From the NCBI GenBank assembly GCA_026395435.1, contig JAPLYT010000003.1:135328-199327 (forward strand): DNA of 64,000 nucleotides, in the 5' to 3' direction. A program made the position numbers and the translations under genes. Position 1 is the first letter of the stretch. The number at the start of each line of letters is the position of its first letter. This stretch comes from Candidatus Saccharimonadota bacterium (GTDB lineage Bacteria > Patescibacteriota > Saccharimonadia > Saccharimonadales > AWTP1-31). Shown in pieces: positions 29,976-40,085 of this stretch. The notes under the pieces were generated by a model that did no database searches, had not been told where the DNA came from, and worked only from the letters and a program-made list of their open reading frames with translations.

Positions 29976-30548
29976 ATGATACGTGCCATTATTTTTGATT
30001 GTTTTGGGGTACTCACCGGAGATATCTGGAGTGAATATGTGGCTCGTTTGCCGCAGGGCCAGCAAGAACCTGCTCGGGCGCTCAACCGGGCTCATGATGC
30101 CGGAATTATTACTTTCAAAGAATTTCTGTACGAAATTCGTGAACTCTCAGACATTGAGCCAAAAGTCGTTGAGGGTATCATCGGCAATGACATGCAGAAA
30201 AATATTCCGCTTTTCGAATTTATCGAGCAATTGAAGCTGTCATACAAGATCGGACTACTAAGTAATATCGGATCAAATTGGATTCGCGAATCATTTCTCA
30301 ATGAAGATGAGCAAGCGCTCTTCGATGATATCGCGTTATCGTATGAACTTGGTTTCATAAAACCTAATCCCAAGGTTTTTCAACTCGCGGCGAATAGGCT
30401 CGGGTGTGAACCGTCGGAATGCGTTATGGTGGATGATGGTCCTGGTAATGTTGCTGCAGCAAGAGAAGTGGGCATGCAAGCTATCGAGTATAGATCGTTT
30501 GCTCAATTCAAACATGACCTCGAAAATCTCATCAGCCAATCCGAATAA
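29976..30548 (+). CDS. HAD-family phosphatase
   Basis: IIFDCFGVL, LLSN, KP, VDD..N motifs I-IV. Confidence 0.9.
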   Translation: MIRAIIFDCFGVLTGDIWSEYVARLPQGQQEPARALNRAHDAGIITFKEFLYEIRELSDIEPKVVEGIIGNDMQKNIPLFEFIEQLKLSYKIGLLSNIGSNWIRESFLNEDEQALFDDIALSYELGFIKPNPKVFQLAANRLGCEPSECVMVDDGPGNVAAAREVGMQAIEYRSFAQFKHDLENLISQSE

Positions 30549-30771
30549 TGAGTTTTGTTTTTGGACCGAGTATTTTCCTGAGTTCCACCGTGTGCATCCG
30601 CAGTGATCCGGCAAGTGCAGCGTTGCTCGCCGTTATCACTACTTGATTGCGCGCCACCGCTACTGCAACCTGTACATTAAATCGATCCAACACGAATTTT
30701 TTAATTTTGGCGATTTCGGGCGGTTCAGGGTCACTCCGCCGCGTTAATATGTCTTTCAACGATTCACTCAT
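30532..30771 (-). CDS. small hypothetical protein, possibly DciA/DUF721-like
   Basis: 79 aa; VVITASNAALAGSLR...LIIRIG pattern; TATACT 7 nt upstream. Confidence 0.55.
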   Translation of the reverse strand: MSESLKDILTRRSDPEPPEIAKIKKFVLDRFNVQVAVAVARNQVVITASNAALAGSLRMHTVELRKILGPKTKLIIRIG

Positions 30772-30836
30772 AGGTGGTAGTATAGCGAATAACAGATTAC
30801 AATACCTAGTACGTAATCAGAATGTAAGAGGATTTT

Positions 30837-31730
30837 GTGCCCGAACTTCCCGAAGTTGAGACAATTCGAATTGGACTACAAACGCTCCTGCCAGGCAGCC
30901 CAGTCTTGAGCGTGGATTTTGACTGGCCAAAATCCTTTCCGAATGCAGAAGCCGATGCACGTCAATTTCTCGTAGGTAGCCGTGTTGTAGCGGTTTCTCG
31001 GCGGGCTAAAGTTCTCATAATTGGTCTCGATTCTGGGTATAGTCTGGTGATTCATCTCAAGATGACCGGTCAGTTGGTCTACGTTCCAGGCGCAGCCAAA
31101 AATCCGTCCAAAGAGCGTTTTGGGGCAGGGCATCCGAGCGACTCACTAGTTGGTTCATTGCCCGACAAATCAACCCGCGTGACCATAACTTTTCAAGACA
31201 AAGCAGTCCTCTATTTTAACGATCAACGAAAATTTGGTTGGGTCCGATTATTACCGTCAGTCGAGGTCCCGCATATTGATTTCATGAAACGATTTGGCCC
31301 CGAGCCTCTCGAAGATACGTTTACACAAAAAGCGTTCACCACCCAGCTTACCCGCAGGGCGAGAAGTAGGATAAAAGCGGCACTGCTAGACCAGACAATT
31401 ATTGCAGGGATTGGAAACATCTATGCTGATGAAAGTTTGTGGGCCGCCAAAATACATCCCGAGACACGGGTGAAAGACATTTCTCCTGCTCGGCTCAAAG
31501 TGCTTCGAACTGCTATAATCGATGTTCTATCGTTATCAATTGCCAAAGGCGGTTCAACGAACAAAAATTATGTGAATGCCGAAGGAAAAAAGGGAAGTTA
31601 TATGGATTTTGCACATGTATATAATAGGACCGGCCAACCATGTGATCGCTGCGGCAATCCAATCCAAAAGATTCGTTCTGCAGGTCGTGGCACCCATATA
31701 TGCCTAACATGCCAGAGAGAACCATCATGA
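30837..31730 (+). CDS. mutM: formamidopyrimidine-DNA glycosylase
   Basis: PELPEVET, HLKMTG, GIGNIYADE, C-terminal zinc finger. Confidence 0.97.
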   Translation: MPELPEVETIRIGLQTLLPGSPVLSVDFDWPKSFPNAEADARQFLVGSRVVAVSRRAKVLIIGLDSGYSLVIHLKMTGQLVYVPGAAKNPSKERFGAGHPSDSLVGSLPDKSTRVTITFQDKAVLYFNDQRKFGWVRLLPSVEVPHIDFMKRFGPEPLEDTFTQKAFTTQLTRRARSRIKAALLDQTIIAGIGNIYADESLWAAKIHPETRVKDISPARLKVLRTAIIDVLSLSIAKGGSTNKNYVNAEGKKGSYMDFAHVYNRTGQPCDRCGNPIQKIRSAGRGTHICLTCQREPS

Positions 31731-32641
31731 TCACGACCCAATCCGGAGCTAATAGTTTAATGCTGACGCGTACTGTTCGTGAGCAGATCGATGCGTTTAT
31801 AAAAAGTATTGGAGATTTTGGCTTGGAAAGACTCAACGCCGCAGACACCGCGTACGCGCAGATCTACGAAGCGGTTCAGGCAATGCCTTTTTTGAGCGAT
31901 CGACGCATGGTCGTGATCGATAACCCCGCCAGCAATAAAGAACTCGCCGAAAATATTCAAAAATTACTTGATGCGGTGCAAGACACCACCGACGTAATCT
32001 TCGTCGAGGCCAAATTTGATAAACGGAGCGTACTCTACAAAACACTCAAGAAGAAAACTGAATTTGTAGAGCATGCCGAACTCGACGAACAAAGCCTCAT
32101 CCGCTGGGTTGCACTATTCGCAAAAGAGCAGGGGGGCGAACTCGGCGCAAGCGATGCTCGACTTCTTGTGCAACGTATTGGCATGAATCAATTGAAGATT
32201 TCGCACGAAGTAGAAAAACTACTCAGTTACAGCAGTCATGTTACGCGTGAAAGTATTCTGCTCCTTACTGAACCTACACCACAAAGCACCGTTTTTGATT
32301 TACTCGATGCTGCTCTCTCTGGCCAGACTGCCAAGGCTGAATCTCTCTACCGTGAACAGCGACGACTCAAAGTTGAACCGCATGCGATTCTGGCGTTACT
32401 AGGATGGCAGCTCCACATTTTGGCTGTCGTCAAAGCCGGTACCGGCAAAAGCCCTGACGATATTGCTCGTGCGGCTAAGCTCAACCCGTTTGTTGTTCGT
32501 AAATCGGCAGGACTCGCCAAATCTATTAGCGCCACGAGCTTGAAAGAATTAATCGCCCGCACCCTAGCTCTGGATATTCAGCTCAAAAGCCAAACCATCG
32601 ATGCCGACGAGGCAATGCAGGTACTTATCTCCACTATCTAG
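31727..32641 (+). CDS. holA: DNA polymerase III delta subunit
   Basis: MPFLSDRRMVVI, DKRS.LYK, EVEKL, VFDLLDA, PFVVRK, D..LK; ATGA overlap with mutM. Confidence 0.88.
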   Translation: MITTQSGANSLMLTRTVREQIDAFIKSIGDFGLERLNAADTAYAQIYEAVQAMPFLSDRRMVVIDNPASNKELAENIQKLLDAVQDTTDVIFVEAKFDKRSVLYKTLKKKTEFVEHAELDEQSLIRWVALFAKEQGGELGASDARLLVQRIGMNQLKISHEVEKLLSYSSHVTRESILLLTEPTPQSTVFDLLDAALSGQTAKAESLYREQRRLKVEPHAILALLGWQLHILAVVKAGTGKSPDDIARAAKLNPFVVRKSAGLAKSISATSLKELIARTLALDIQLKSQTIDADEAMQVLISTI

Positions 32642-32694
32642 AGGTTTCTCCTCTAACAGATGTGAAAAATGTGAATTTACCTATACTTTGTGAA

Positions 32695-32727
32695 TAAAAT
32701 AAAAATCCCCACGTATGAGTGGGGATT
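32695..32727 (-). terminator. intrinsic terminator for rpsT
   Basis: AATCCCCAC-N6-GTGGGGATT hairpin with an A-run on its left (U-tract on the - strand). Confidence 0.8.
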
Positions 32728-32748
32728 ACTGACAGGGTGTAGAAATAC

Positions 32749-33099
32749 CTATTTCTTAGTAGCTGTCTTTTTTGCAGGAGCCTTTTTCGCGACTGCTTTT
32801 TTAACTGCAGGCTTTGCAGTAGGTTTCTTAGTAACTGCTTTTTTTGCAGGAACTTTAGTGCCAGCTACTTTTGACGCAGCAGCGAGTTGTCGCTTTTTGC
32901 GTGCAGCTTTGTTCTTGTGGATGACACCTTTTTTCACCGCGATATCGATAGCGCTTTGTGCACTGTTAGCATTATCGCCAGTAATTGCAGCGTGGAAGCT
33001 TTTGATTGCTGATCGGAGTGTTCGTTTAGTTTTGCTATTGCGGGTTGCAGCTTTGCTAGCAACGCGAACTCGTTTTTTTGCAGATTTGATGATTGGCAT
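32749..33099 (-). CDS. rpsT: 30S ribosomal protein S20 with Lys/Ala-rich tail
   Basis: MPIIKSAKKR, KKGVIHKNKAARKK. Confidence 0.95.
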   Translation of the reverse strand: MPIIKSAKKRVRVASKAATRNSKTKRTLRSAIKSFHAAITGDNANSAQSAIDIAVKKGVIHKNKAARKKRQLAAASKVAGTKVPAKKAVTKKPTAKPAVKKAVAKKAPAKKTATKK

Positions 33100-33275
33100 G
33101 AACGTTGTAATCCTTAAATTATAAATAGTATTGATGTGTTCAGGAGATGATTATAACAGATGAGGGGCAGAGTAACAAGACCTGCAAATCTAAGGCAACT
33201 ATTGAAATTCTAGACAAGCGTAAGCTTATATGGTACTCTCGGCGTAGAGTAATCTAAAAAATAAAAACGAGCATC

Positions 33276-35024
33276 ATGGATCCAGCGACACCTCTCCAAC
33301 CATACGTACCGGCAGCCCCAGCTGCAAACCCCATACCGGCAGCACCTATGCCGGCCTATCCCGGTGCTCCGATGCCTCAAATGCCTGTAATGAATTCAAA
33401 CCCAGTACCACCGAATCCATACCAACCAATGGCACCGCCAATGCCGTATGCTCCTCTTGCGTCAAACCCAATGGGTGCTATGCCTCAGCCGGAACAACCA
33501 AGTGATCCACGGCTAGAACTTATTGAAAAATTGCGTTCTTCTAATAACATCCTTATAACGGTAAATAGCAACCCAACGGTCGACCAACTCTCGGCAGCTA
33601 TTGGTCTTACATTAGTACTCAACAAATTAGATAAGCATGCCACAGCGGTATTTAGTGGAGCTACGCCGTCAACGATAGAATTCTTACAGCCAGAAAAAAC
33701 TATCGAGAAAAACACTGACAGTTTGCGCGATTTCATTATTGCGCTCGATAAAGCTAAAGCAGATAAGCTTCGCTACAAGGTAGAAGATACGTTTGTTAAG
33801 ATTTTTATCACCCCGTATCATACGAGTTTGTCAGAGAAAGACCTTGAATTCAGTCAGGGCGACTTCAATGTCGATGTCGTTGTGGCACTCGGAGTTCACC
33901 AAAAGGAAGAGCTCGACCAAGCCATTACTGCCCATGGTCGAATACTTCACGATGCAGTCACCGTAAGTGTTAATAATAAACAAACTGCCGAGCTTGGCGC
34001 CGTTAACTGGTTTCAGTCAGACGCGAGTAGTTTGTGCGAAATGGTTGTCGGGCTTATCGAACCGCTTCAAGGCGATAAAGTACTCCTCGATACTCAAATC
34101 GCCACTGCATTCTTGACCGGAATTGTTGCCGAGACCGAACGCTTTAGTAACACCAAGACGACTCCTCACACGATGAATACGTCAGCTATATTGATGAAAG
34201 CCGGCGCAAATCAACAACTTGTGGCTAGCAAGCTCGAAGAACCAAAGCCGATTAAGCATGACGACCCCGAAGATGCTAAAAAGTTGGATGAAATCGCCCA
34301 TGAGGGTCTAGTTCCAAGTGCAACAAAAGATGGTTCGCTCGAAGTTTCTCATAAAAAGGTAGATGTTCCGACGGTCAAAGCAAAAACAATGCAAGAAATC
34401 GAGAAAGAGAATCGTGCTAGTGACACGTCAAATTCCGAAGGTGACTCAGACCTTGCGAAAATACACATCGATGATGATGGCAAATTTGTATCTTCCGAAG
34501 ATATGGCTGCAGCAAAAGCAGCTGCACCAGCCGCTCCGCCTGCACAACCATCGAATATGATTCTGACACCTCCAACTATTGGCGGTGATATGAGTGCCAC
34601 CATGCGCGCCGACGATGCCCTCGAGCCACCCAAAGAATCGCATGACCAGCCAACAACATCTGAGCATCACAAAACAATTAATCCACTTAGTGCAGACGAA
34701 AAAGAACAAACACTAGAGCAGATTGAAAAAGCAGTCGACAGTAAACACTTACAAGAAACGGTATCTGCCGAAGACACCGCACGCGCTGCGGTTGAATCGG
34801 TTACGAATACCATGCCTGGTAAGTTAGAGCCTACGGCTGCGCTTAATGCTCAACCTGTTGATCTCCAAAAAGAAGCTGATCCTAATGAAACAATTTCCGA
34901 GAATGTTTTTCCACCGCAATTGATTGGTCCAGATACGGGTCCGGGGCCTGATCCGACGGCTGGGGCGAGCGATCCAACTGCTCCGCCACTAGTTCCTCCT
35001 CCTTTGATGCCGCCTAGTGCCTAG
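33276..35024 (+). CDS. DHH/NrnA-like protein with degenerate catalytic motifs and long disordered termini
   Basis: NILIT..NPTVD, ASSLCEMV, IATAFLTGIVAETERF; located before truB as nrnA usually is. Confidence 0.75.
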   Translation: MDPATPLQPYVPAAPAANPIPAAPMPAYPGAPMPQMPVMNSNPVPPNPYQPMAPPMPYAPLASNPMGAMPQPEQPSDPRLELIEKLRSSNNILITVNSNPTVDQLSAAIGLTLVLNKLDKHATAVFSGATPSTIEFLQPEKTIEKNTDSLRDFIIALDKAKADKLRYKVEDTFVKIFITPYHTSLSEKDLEFSQGDFNVDVVVALGVHQKEELDQAITAHGRILHDAVTVSVNNKQTAELGAVNWFQSDASSLCEMVVGLIEPLQGDKVLLDTQIATAFLTGIVAETERFSNTKTTPHTMNTSAILMKAGANQQLVASKLEEPKPIKHDDPEDAKKLDEIAHEGLVPSATKDGSLEVSHKKVDVPTVKAKTMQEIEKENRASDTSNSEGDSDLAKIHIDDDGKFVSSEDMAAAKAAAPAAPPAQPSNMILTPPTIGGDMSATMRADDALEPPKESHDQPTTSEHHKTINPLSADEKEQTLEQIEKAVDSKHLQETVSAEDTARAAVESVTNTMPGKLEPTAALNAQPVDLQKEADPNETISENVFPPQLIGPDTGPGPDPTAGASDPTAPPLVPPPLMPPSA

Positions 35025-35074
35025 CTTCCCATGCCTGTATTATCTTTTTGATTACTCAAGTATACTAGTGGCTC

Positions 35075-35767
35075 ATGGACAAAGTATTACTTATTGATAA
35101 GCCGCGAGAATGGACCAGTTTTGATGTCGTGGCCAAAGTGCGTTCGATTCTTCGTGGTGCAGAGCAGGGGCCTCGTCCCAAAGGTTCGCCTAAGGTCCGC
35201 GTAGGACACGCTGGTACTCTTGATCCTCTGGCCACCGGCCTGTTAGTGGTTTTGGTCGGCAAAGCCACCAAACAGCAAGATGCCTATATGAAACAAGACA
35301 AAATCTATGAGGTAGAACTCACACTTGGTCAAACCAGCACTACTGCCGATGAAGAAGGAGAAAAGACCCTCGTTTCAAGTATCGAACCTAGCAAATCGGA
35401 CGTTGAAAAAGCGGTGCTTTCTTTTGTGGGCGAAATAAGCCAAATCCCGCCGGCATTTTCAGCCATAAAAGTCGATGGTCAGCGAGCGTATAAGCTTGCT
35501 CGAGCGGGTAAACCCGTCGAAATGCGACCGCGAAAAGTCACAATTTATTCAATCGAACAGATTGAGTATGAATATCCTAAGGTCACTTTCACGACAAAAG
35601 TATCCAGCGGTACCTACATTCGTACCCTCGCAACTGACGTTGGCGATAAACTTAATACTGGTGCCTATATGAGTAATCTTAGGCGGACACAAATCGGCGA
35701 ATTCAGCATTACCGATGCGCTCCCGGTTGACGATATCCCAGCAGCTTTAGCTACCCCTGTAGAATAA
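35075..35767 (+). CDS. truB: tRNA pseudouridine(55) synthase
   Basis: GHAGTLDPLATG, PPAFSAIKVDG.RAY, GTYIRTL. Confidence 0.97.
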   Translation: MDKVLLIDKPREWTSFDVVAKVRSILRGAEQGPRPKGSPKVRVGHAGTLDPLATGLLVVLVGKATKQQDAYMKQDKIYEVELTLGQTSTTADEEGEKTLVSSIEPSKSDVEKAVLSFVGEISQIPPAFSAIKVDGQRAYKLARAGKPVEMRPRKVTIYSIEQIEYEYPKVTFTTKVSSGTYIRTLATDVGDKLNTGAYMSNLRRTQIGEFSITDALPVDDIPAALATPVE

Positions 35768-35797
35768 GTAGTCCATATCTGTTAGAATAGACAGATT

Positions 35798-37450
35798 ATG
35801 GTTATTAGCCTCGACATTGCCGAAAAGTCTTTCGGAGATAAAATATTGTATCAAGACTTGCAGCTTGAGATTCAAGACGGCGAAAAAATAGGGCTCGTTG
35901 GTCGGAATGGGACAGGCAAGACCACGCTTTTACACATTATGACCGGTGAAGACAAAGACTATGACGGTAATGTACGGCTCAAACGCGGTGCAATCCTGAT
36001 TGGATCTCGGCAGGAGCACCATGGATTCGAGCATATGCATGTTCTTGAATACATTTTAGGCGATTTACCTGAATACGCCCAGCTCAAGCACATACTCGAT
36101 ACGTACCCTGCATCTATGGGTGAGAATACTCGAAAATTACAGACCTATTCAGATACGCTCGAGCGATTTAGCCAGCTTGGCTATTTTGAAGTAGAAGCGG
36201 AAATCATCGAAGCTCTCAACGCCTATCAGGTGTCGGAAGAGAAGTCGATGGGCATGCTCAAAAATCTGAGTGGTGGCCAGAAGCGAATGGTGGAACTGGT
36301 CAAAGTACAACGGGCACGAGCCCACTTGGCACTGATCGACGAACCGACAAACCACATGGACTTTGTAGCTAAAAAAGCATTTTTGAAGTGGTTCAAATCT
36401 GCCCGCGAGGCAGTGTTGGTGATTACGCATGACCGTGACGTACTGCAGGCAGTCGATCGCATCATTGAAGTTCGCGACGAACGAGCTTTCAGCTACCCAG
36501 GCAACTACGATGATTACTTGCGGGTCAATGCCGTCAAGATTACCTCTGAGGTAAACCAATATAGTATGGTGCAGCGGCGTATTTCAAATCTCAAGGAAAA
36601 CGTCATTCGTTTTCGTCGCCTTAAGGAGAAATCACGTGATCCTGGCACTATTCAGCGCTTTAAGTCGCTTGAACAAAAGGCGAGTGCCGAGCTTGTTAAG
36701 CTCGAGAAGACCGAAATGCCAACATTCTGGATCGATCGAGACTCAGTGGAAGAACTTAACGACAAAATGGGCGCAGCCTATCAGAAACACAAAGCCAAGA
36801 ACATCAAGGTAGATGCGAAATCTATCGAGGCAGAGACCAACCGCTTACTTGTTGAAGTGCAGAAGGTAAGCCTCGGCTACGACACACCGTTATTCGAAAA
36901 TATCAACTTTGCACTCCGCGAAGGCGACCGCATTCGACTCCACGGCCGAAACGGTGCCGGTAAATCAACACTGGTAAAAGCCATTATTGCTCGAGTCAAC
37001 GACATCCCGATCGAATCAACCCTCTACGCCGGTACTATCTTGAGTGAGCGAGAGCTCAACATCGGTGTCTACGAGCAAGAAATTGATCCGAAATACCTCA
37101 AAATGACACTCGCTACAGCCATTGAGACCGCCTATATGGCCAAAGACGTCCCGATCAGCGACCAGAAGGTCAAGCAACTACTCGGTGATTACCTATTTAA
37201 CCCAGCCACCGATGGTGATGTGCCTCTTACACGCTTAAGCGGTGGCCAGAAAGCCCGTTTCCAACTCATGAACATGCTGGCAGGTGATCCGCACATCTTA
37301 GTACTCGATGAGCCAACCAACCACCTCGACCTCCCAAGTATTGAAGAACTCGAAAACGCTCTCGACAGCTACCACGGGGCAGTTATCTACATCTCTCACG
37401 ATAGCTACTTCGCCCGCAATGTCGGCGGCACAACCATCGACATCGCTTAA
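35798..37450 (+). CDS. ABC-F family ATPase
   Basis: Two NBDs (GRNGTGKT/GRNGAGKS, LSGGQ, DEPTNH), no TM. Confidence 0.92.
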   Translation: MVISLDIAEKSFGDKILYQDLQLEIQDGEKIGLVGRNGTGKTTLLHIMTGEDKDYDGNVRLKRGAILIGSRQEHHGFEHMHVLEYILGDLPEYAQLKHILDTYPASMGENTRKLQTYSDTLERFSQLGYFEVEAEIIEALNAYQVSEEKSMGMLKNLSGGQKRMVELVKVQRARAHLALIDEPTNHMDFVAKKAFLKWFKSAREAVLVITHDRDVLQAVDRIIEVRDERAFSYPGNYDDYLRVNAVKITSEVNQYSMVQRRISNLKENVIRFRRLKEKSRDPGTIQRFKSLEQKASAELVKLEKTEMPTFWIDRDSVEELNDKMGAAYQKHKAKNIKVDAKSIEAETNRLLVEVQKVSLGYDTPLFENINFALREGDRIRLHGRNGAGKSTLVKAIIARVNDIPIESTLYAGTILSERELNIGVYEQEIDPKYLKMTLATAIETAYMAKDVPISDQKVKQLLGDYLFNPATDGDVPLTRLSGGQKARFQLMNMLAGDPHILVLDEPTNHLDLPSIEELENALDSYHGAVIYISHDSYFARNVGGTTIDIA

Positions 37451-37486
37451 TTAAGTATTGACTTAATTAAGACATTGCTGTATTAT
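37446..37486 (+). promoter_or_regulatory. ArsR-type operator overlapping a promoter
   Basis: CTTAATTAAG (37446-55) and CTTAATTAAG (37462-71) around TTGACT(37458-63)-N17-TATTAT(37481-86). Confidence 0.75.
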
Positions 37487-37492
37487 GCTGGT

Positions 37493-37795
37493 ATGGATAA
37501 ATTTTATGCATTAGCAACACCCATCAGGCGCGAGATACTGGCGATACTTTCCGGGCAAAAACAGCTCACAGCAACTGCAATTGCGGAGCAGTTTCAGGTG
37601 AGTCCGTCGGCCATTTCTCAACACCTAAAGATCCTTCTCAATAGCGATCTTGTTCTAATGCATAAACAAGCACAACAGCGTATTTACGAGCTAAATACCG
37701 ATGCTATGCAAGAACTTGAAGAGTGGGCACATCTCATGTCGAGTCAAATTGCTGCAATTCACCCACAGACACCTAAAGACGCCACCAAGACATAA
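37493..37795 (+). CDS. ArsR/SmtB-family regulator
   Basis: ALATPIRREIL, SAISQHLKIL, Q.RIY; start re-called to ATG 37493. Confidence 0.9.
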   Translation: MDKFYALATPIRREILAILSGQKQLTATAIAEQFQVSPSAISQHLKILLNSDLVLMHKQAQQRIYELNTDAMQELEEWAHLMSSQIAAIHPQTPKDATKT

Positions 37796-37832
37796 ACCGG
37801 CGTCTGTTTGAATAAGATTTAGGAGAAATATC

Positions 37833-38354
37833 ATGGCATATGAACTAGCTGGTGCTGGTCTGTTTGTTGGCGCCATTGCTGGCGGCGTTTTAGGCCTCGG
37901 AGCAGGCGCAGTATACGAAGAATTTAGTAACCCAGAGCCTGCAGCCGTTCTGCAGGCCGAAGCAAAGTATCAAGACGCATTGAGCGATAGAACAATAGCG
38001 CTTAAGGATGGTAGGCGTGTTGAGGTACTCCTCGGCGCTGATTGTATGCGCTTAATTAGGGCTCATGAGGATGAAACACCCGATGAACGACTTAGTTATG
38101 TAGTTGAAAAAGGGGATGGGGCATGTGGCGATGGAGTTGCAAAAGTTAAGGACGCCATCGACGCGTACACAGGAGCGGAAGCGGATATTGAAGCAGCAAA
38201 AGGTGCTGTCGGCAAAGCCACCGCAGAAAAGGCTCTTCTTGTAGATGACGATACCTCAGAAATATTGCTCAAATGTGCTATCGCAGGAGCTTTAGTTGGT
38301 GGTATCGGCCTTGGTGGTTTCGGATATGAAATGGAGGATGGATTCGGTGGATAA
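37833..38354 (+). CDS. hypothetical membrane protein with glycine-zipper-like ends
   Basis: GxxxG-rich hydrophobic segments at both termini; SD AGGAG. Confidence 0.65.
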   Translation: MAYELAGAGLFVGAIAGGVLGLGAGAVYEEFSNPEPAAVLQAEAKYQDALSDRTIALKDGRRVEVLLGADCMRLIRAHEDETPDERLSYVVEKGDGACGDGVAKVKDAIDAYTGAEADIEAAKGAVGKATAEKALLVDDDTSEILLKCAIAGALVGGIGLGGFGYEMEDGFGG

Positions 38355-39048
38355 TTCAGCAAAGGGAATACTATTTTGGAACACACTGTATAGAGCTTCC
38401 CCAGCCGAGCAGTACAAACATATTCGAACAATGGAACAATCCATGACTGCTCAGGGTATCGGTAAGATTCTGCTGTGTCTGTCGGAGGCAACATCAGGTG
38501 TCGATGGCCTAGTAGAGTTATTGGATCGGAATGGATACGACACCGCATATCGTCCAACAAGCACCCTCAATAATGGACTGACGGAGGGGCTGTGTATTGC
38601 TTCCCGTGATCAGGTAGATAAACCGGTCGCTTTTCATGATCTTGGGACTCGACGGGCTATCGCCAATACCAAGACCCGGTGGTTGGCGGAGGTGGAATTT
38701 GAAGGAGTATCCGTACTTTCAACCCACGCCTCATATCCAACGCCCGGGAAACAGGAACGAGCAGTAATATCACAGCGACTTGACCAGTTACAGTCGGAAA
38801 AATCAAGTGGCATTGTTATCGGTGGTGACTTTAACACGCTCATAGCAAAGCGGTCGTTTATTGACACTGTCGAAGCATCAGGCGTTACCAAAATCGGGGA
38901 TGGTGTATCCACGTTCCCGTTAGTAGGGCGTTTTGGATTGGAAATAGATCACGTTTTTGTTAGTCCTGATCTTTTGCAGGCCTCTACTCTCGAAGTCGCA
39001 AACGCCGGGCCGTCAAATCATCGACCGTTAACCCTATCAGTAAAGTGA
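38347..39048 (+). CDS. endonuclease/exonuclease/phosphatase (EEP) family protein
   Basis: WN, LSE, STH, GGDFN, IDHVF, SNHRP; start uncertain (GTG 38347 follows SD GGAGG). Confidence 0.85.
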   Translation: MDNSAKGILFWNTLYRASPAEQYKHIRTMEQSMTAQGIGKILLCLSEATSGVDGLVELLDRNGYDTAYRPTSTLNNGLTEGLCIASRDQVDKPVAFHDLGTRRAIANTKTRWLAEVEFEGVSVLSTHASYPTPGKQERAVISQRLDQLQSEKSSGIVIGGDFNTLIAKRSFIDTVEASGVTKIGDGVSTFPLVGRFGLEIDHVFVSPDLLQASTLEVANAGPSNHRPLTLSVK

Positions 39049-39113
39049 TTCTTTGGAATATTGACAAATTAGCTTAAGCGTGATAATATATACTTGTAAT
39101 TTTAAAAACAAAT

Positions 39114-39671
39114 ATGTCTCAATCACCTCAAATCAACGAAGAAATACCTGTTAGCCATGCGGTGCCTCAACTAGAGAATACAATCGAAGGTGAGGCTGTT
39201 GTGATGCCCCAAGACACCGTAGAGTCATTTATGACCTCTAAGGGCTCCGTCTACACCTATGATAGTGAAGGCCATACAACAAGACTCAAAGCTGCTACAG
39301 GTGAACTTCAGCCCGAACAAGGCATAACGGTATTTGTTGAAGCAGGGGTGAAAGATGTGCCTCGTGTAGCGGCAGCATATCTCCTAAGAAGTTCAACAAA
39401 TAACACTCGGATAGAAGTTGTTGAGACCCAAGAAGACGAGACAATTAAAATTATAAACGATGTTACAGAAGTAAGTTCACCTGATCGACTACTCGTAGCA
39501 ACGCTTAGTGACGGTAAAGTTGTTAAAAGTAGACCCGCAAGCCTGTTCCCGGTTATCGGTACATACCCGTTTGATTCCCGTACGTTTGAAGAGGATGGTG
39601 AAGTCAAGACAGAACGTCATATTGGTCACCGAGTCACATCGATACAGCACAAAACCACCGACGCCAAATAA
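39114..39671 (+). CDS. hypothetical protein
   Basis: 185-aa ORF; promoter TTGACA(39061)-N17-TAATAT. Confidence 0.7.
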   Translation: MSQSPQINEEIPVSHAVPQLENTIEGEAVVMPQDTVESFMTSKGSVYTYDSEGHTTRLKAATGELQPEQGITVFVEAGVKDVPRVAAAYLLRSSTNNTRIEVVETQEDETIKIINDVTEVSSPDRLLVATLSDGKVVKSRPASLFPVIGTYPFDSRTFEEDGEVKTERHIGHRVTSIQHKTTDAK

Positions 39672-39791
39672 GTAGATGTGTCAGAAAGTTATTTCTGGCT
39701 CATCTGTTGCAATAATGTATTCAATCTGTTAATATGTAGCTAACGCCATCAATCTTATTAACCAAGTATCTATCAGAATTAAAGGAAACGA

Positions 39792-40070
39792 ATGATTACA
39801 ACCGACAAGAAGCAAGCGATTATCACTGATCTACAAAAAGCTAAGAACGACAACGGCAGCAGCGCTGTTCAAGTTGGAATCTTAACTGCTCGTATCAAGG
39901 AACTTACCGAACACCTTAAGATCAACAAAAAAGACTTCATGGCTCGCCGTGGACTCTTGCAGATGGTAGGGAACCGAAAACGACACCTTAAGTACATCGC
40001 CGACCACAATAGCCAAGAATATTTGGAACTTATCCAGAAGCTTGGAATTCGTCAGTCAAAAGGCAACTAA
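39792..40070 (+). CDS. rpsO: 30S ribosomal protein S15
   Basis: DNGSSAVQV..LT.RI..LTEHL, RRGLLQMV. Confidence 0.97.
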   Translation: MITTDKKQAIITDLQKAKNDNGSSAVQVGILTARIKELTEHLKINKKDFMARRGLLQMVGNRKRHLKYIADHNSQEYLELIQKLGIRQSKGN

Positions 40071-40085
40071 TTTGCTCAAACTATA

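Noticed and set aside
32661-32695. Three TGTGAA hexamers downstream of holA
   Set aside because: Lie between convergent genes, irregular spacing, no inverted partner
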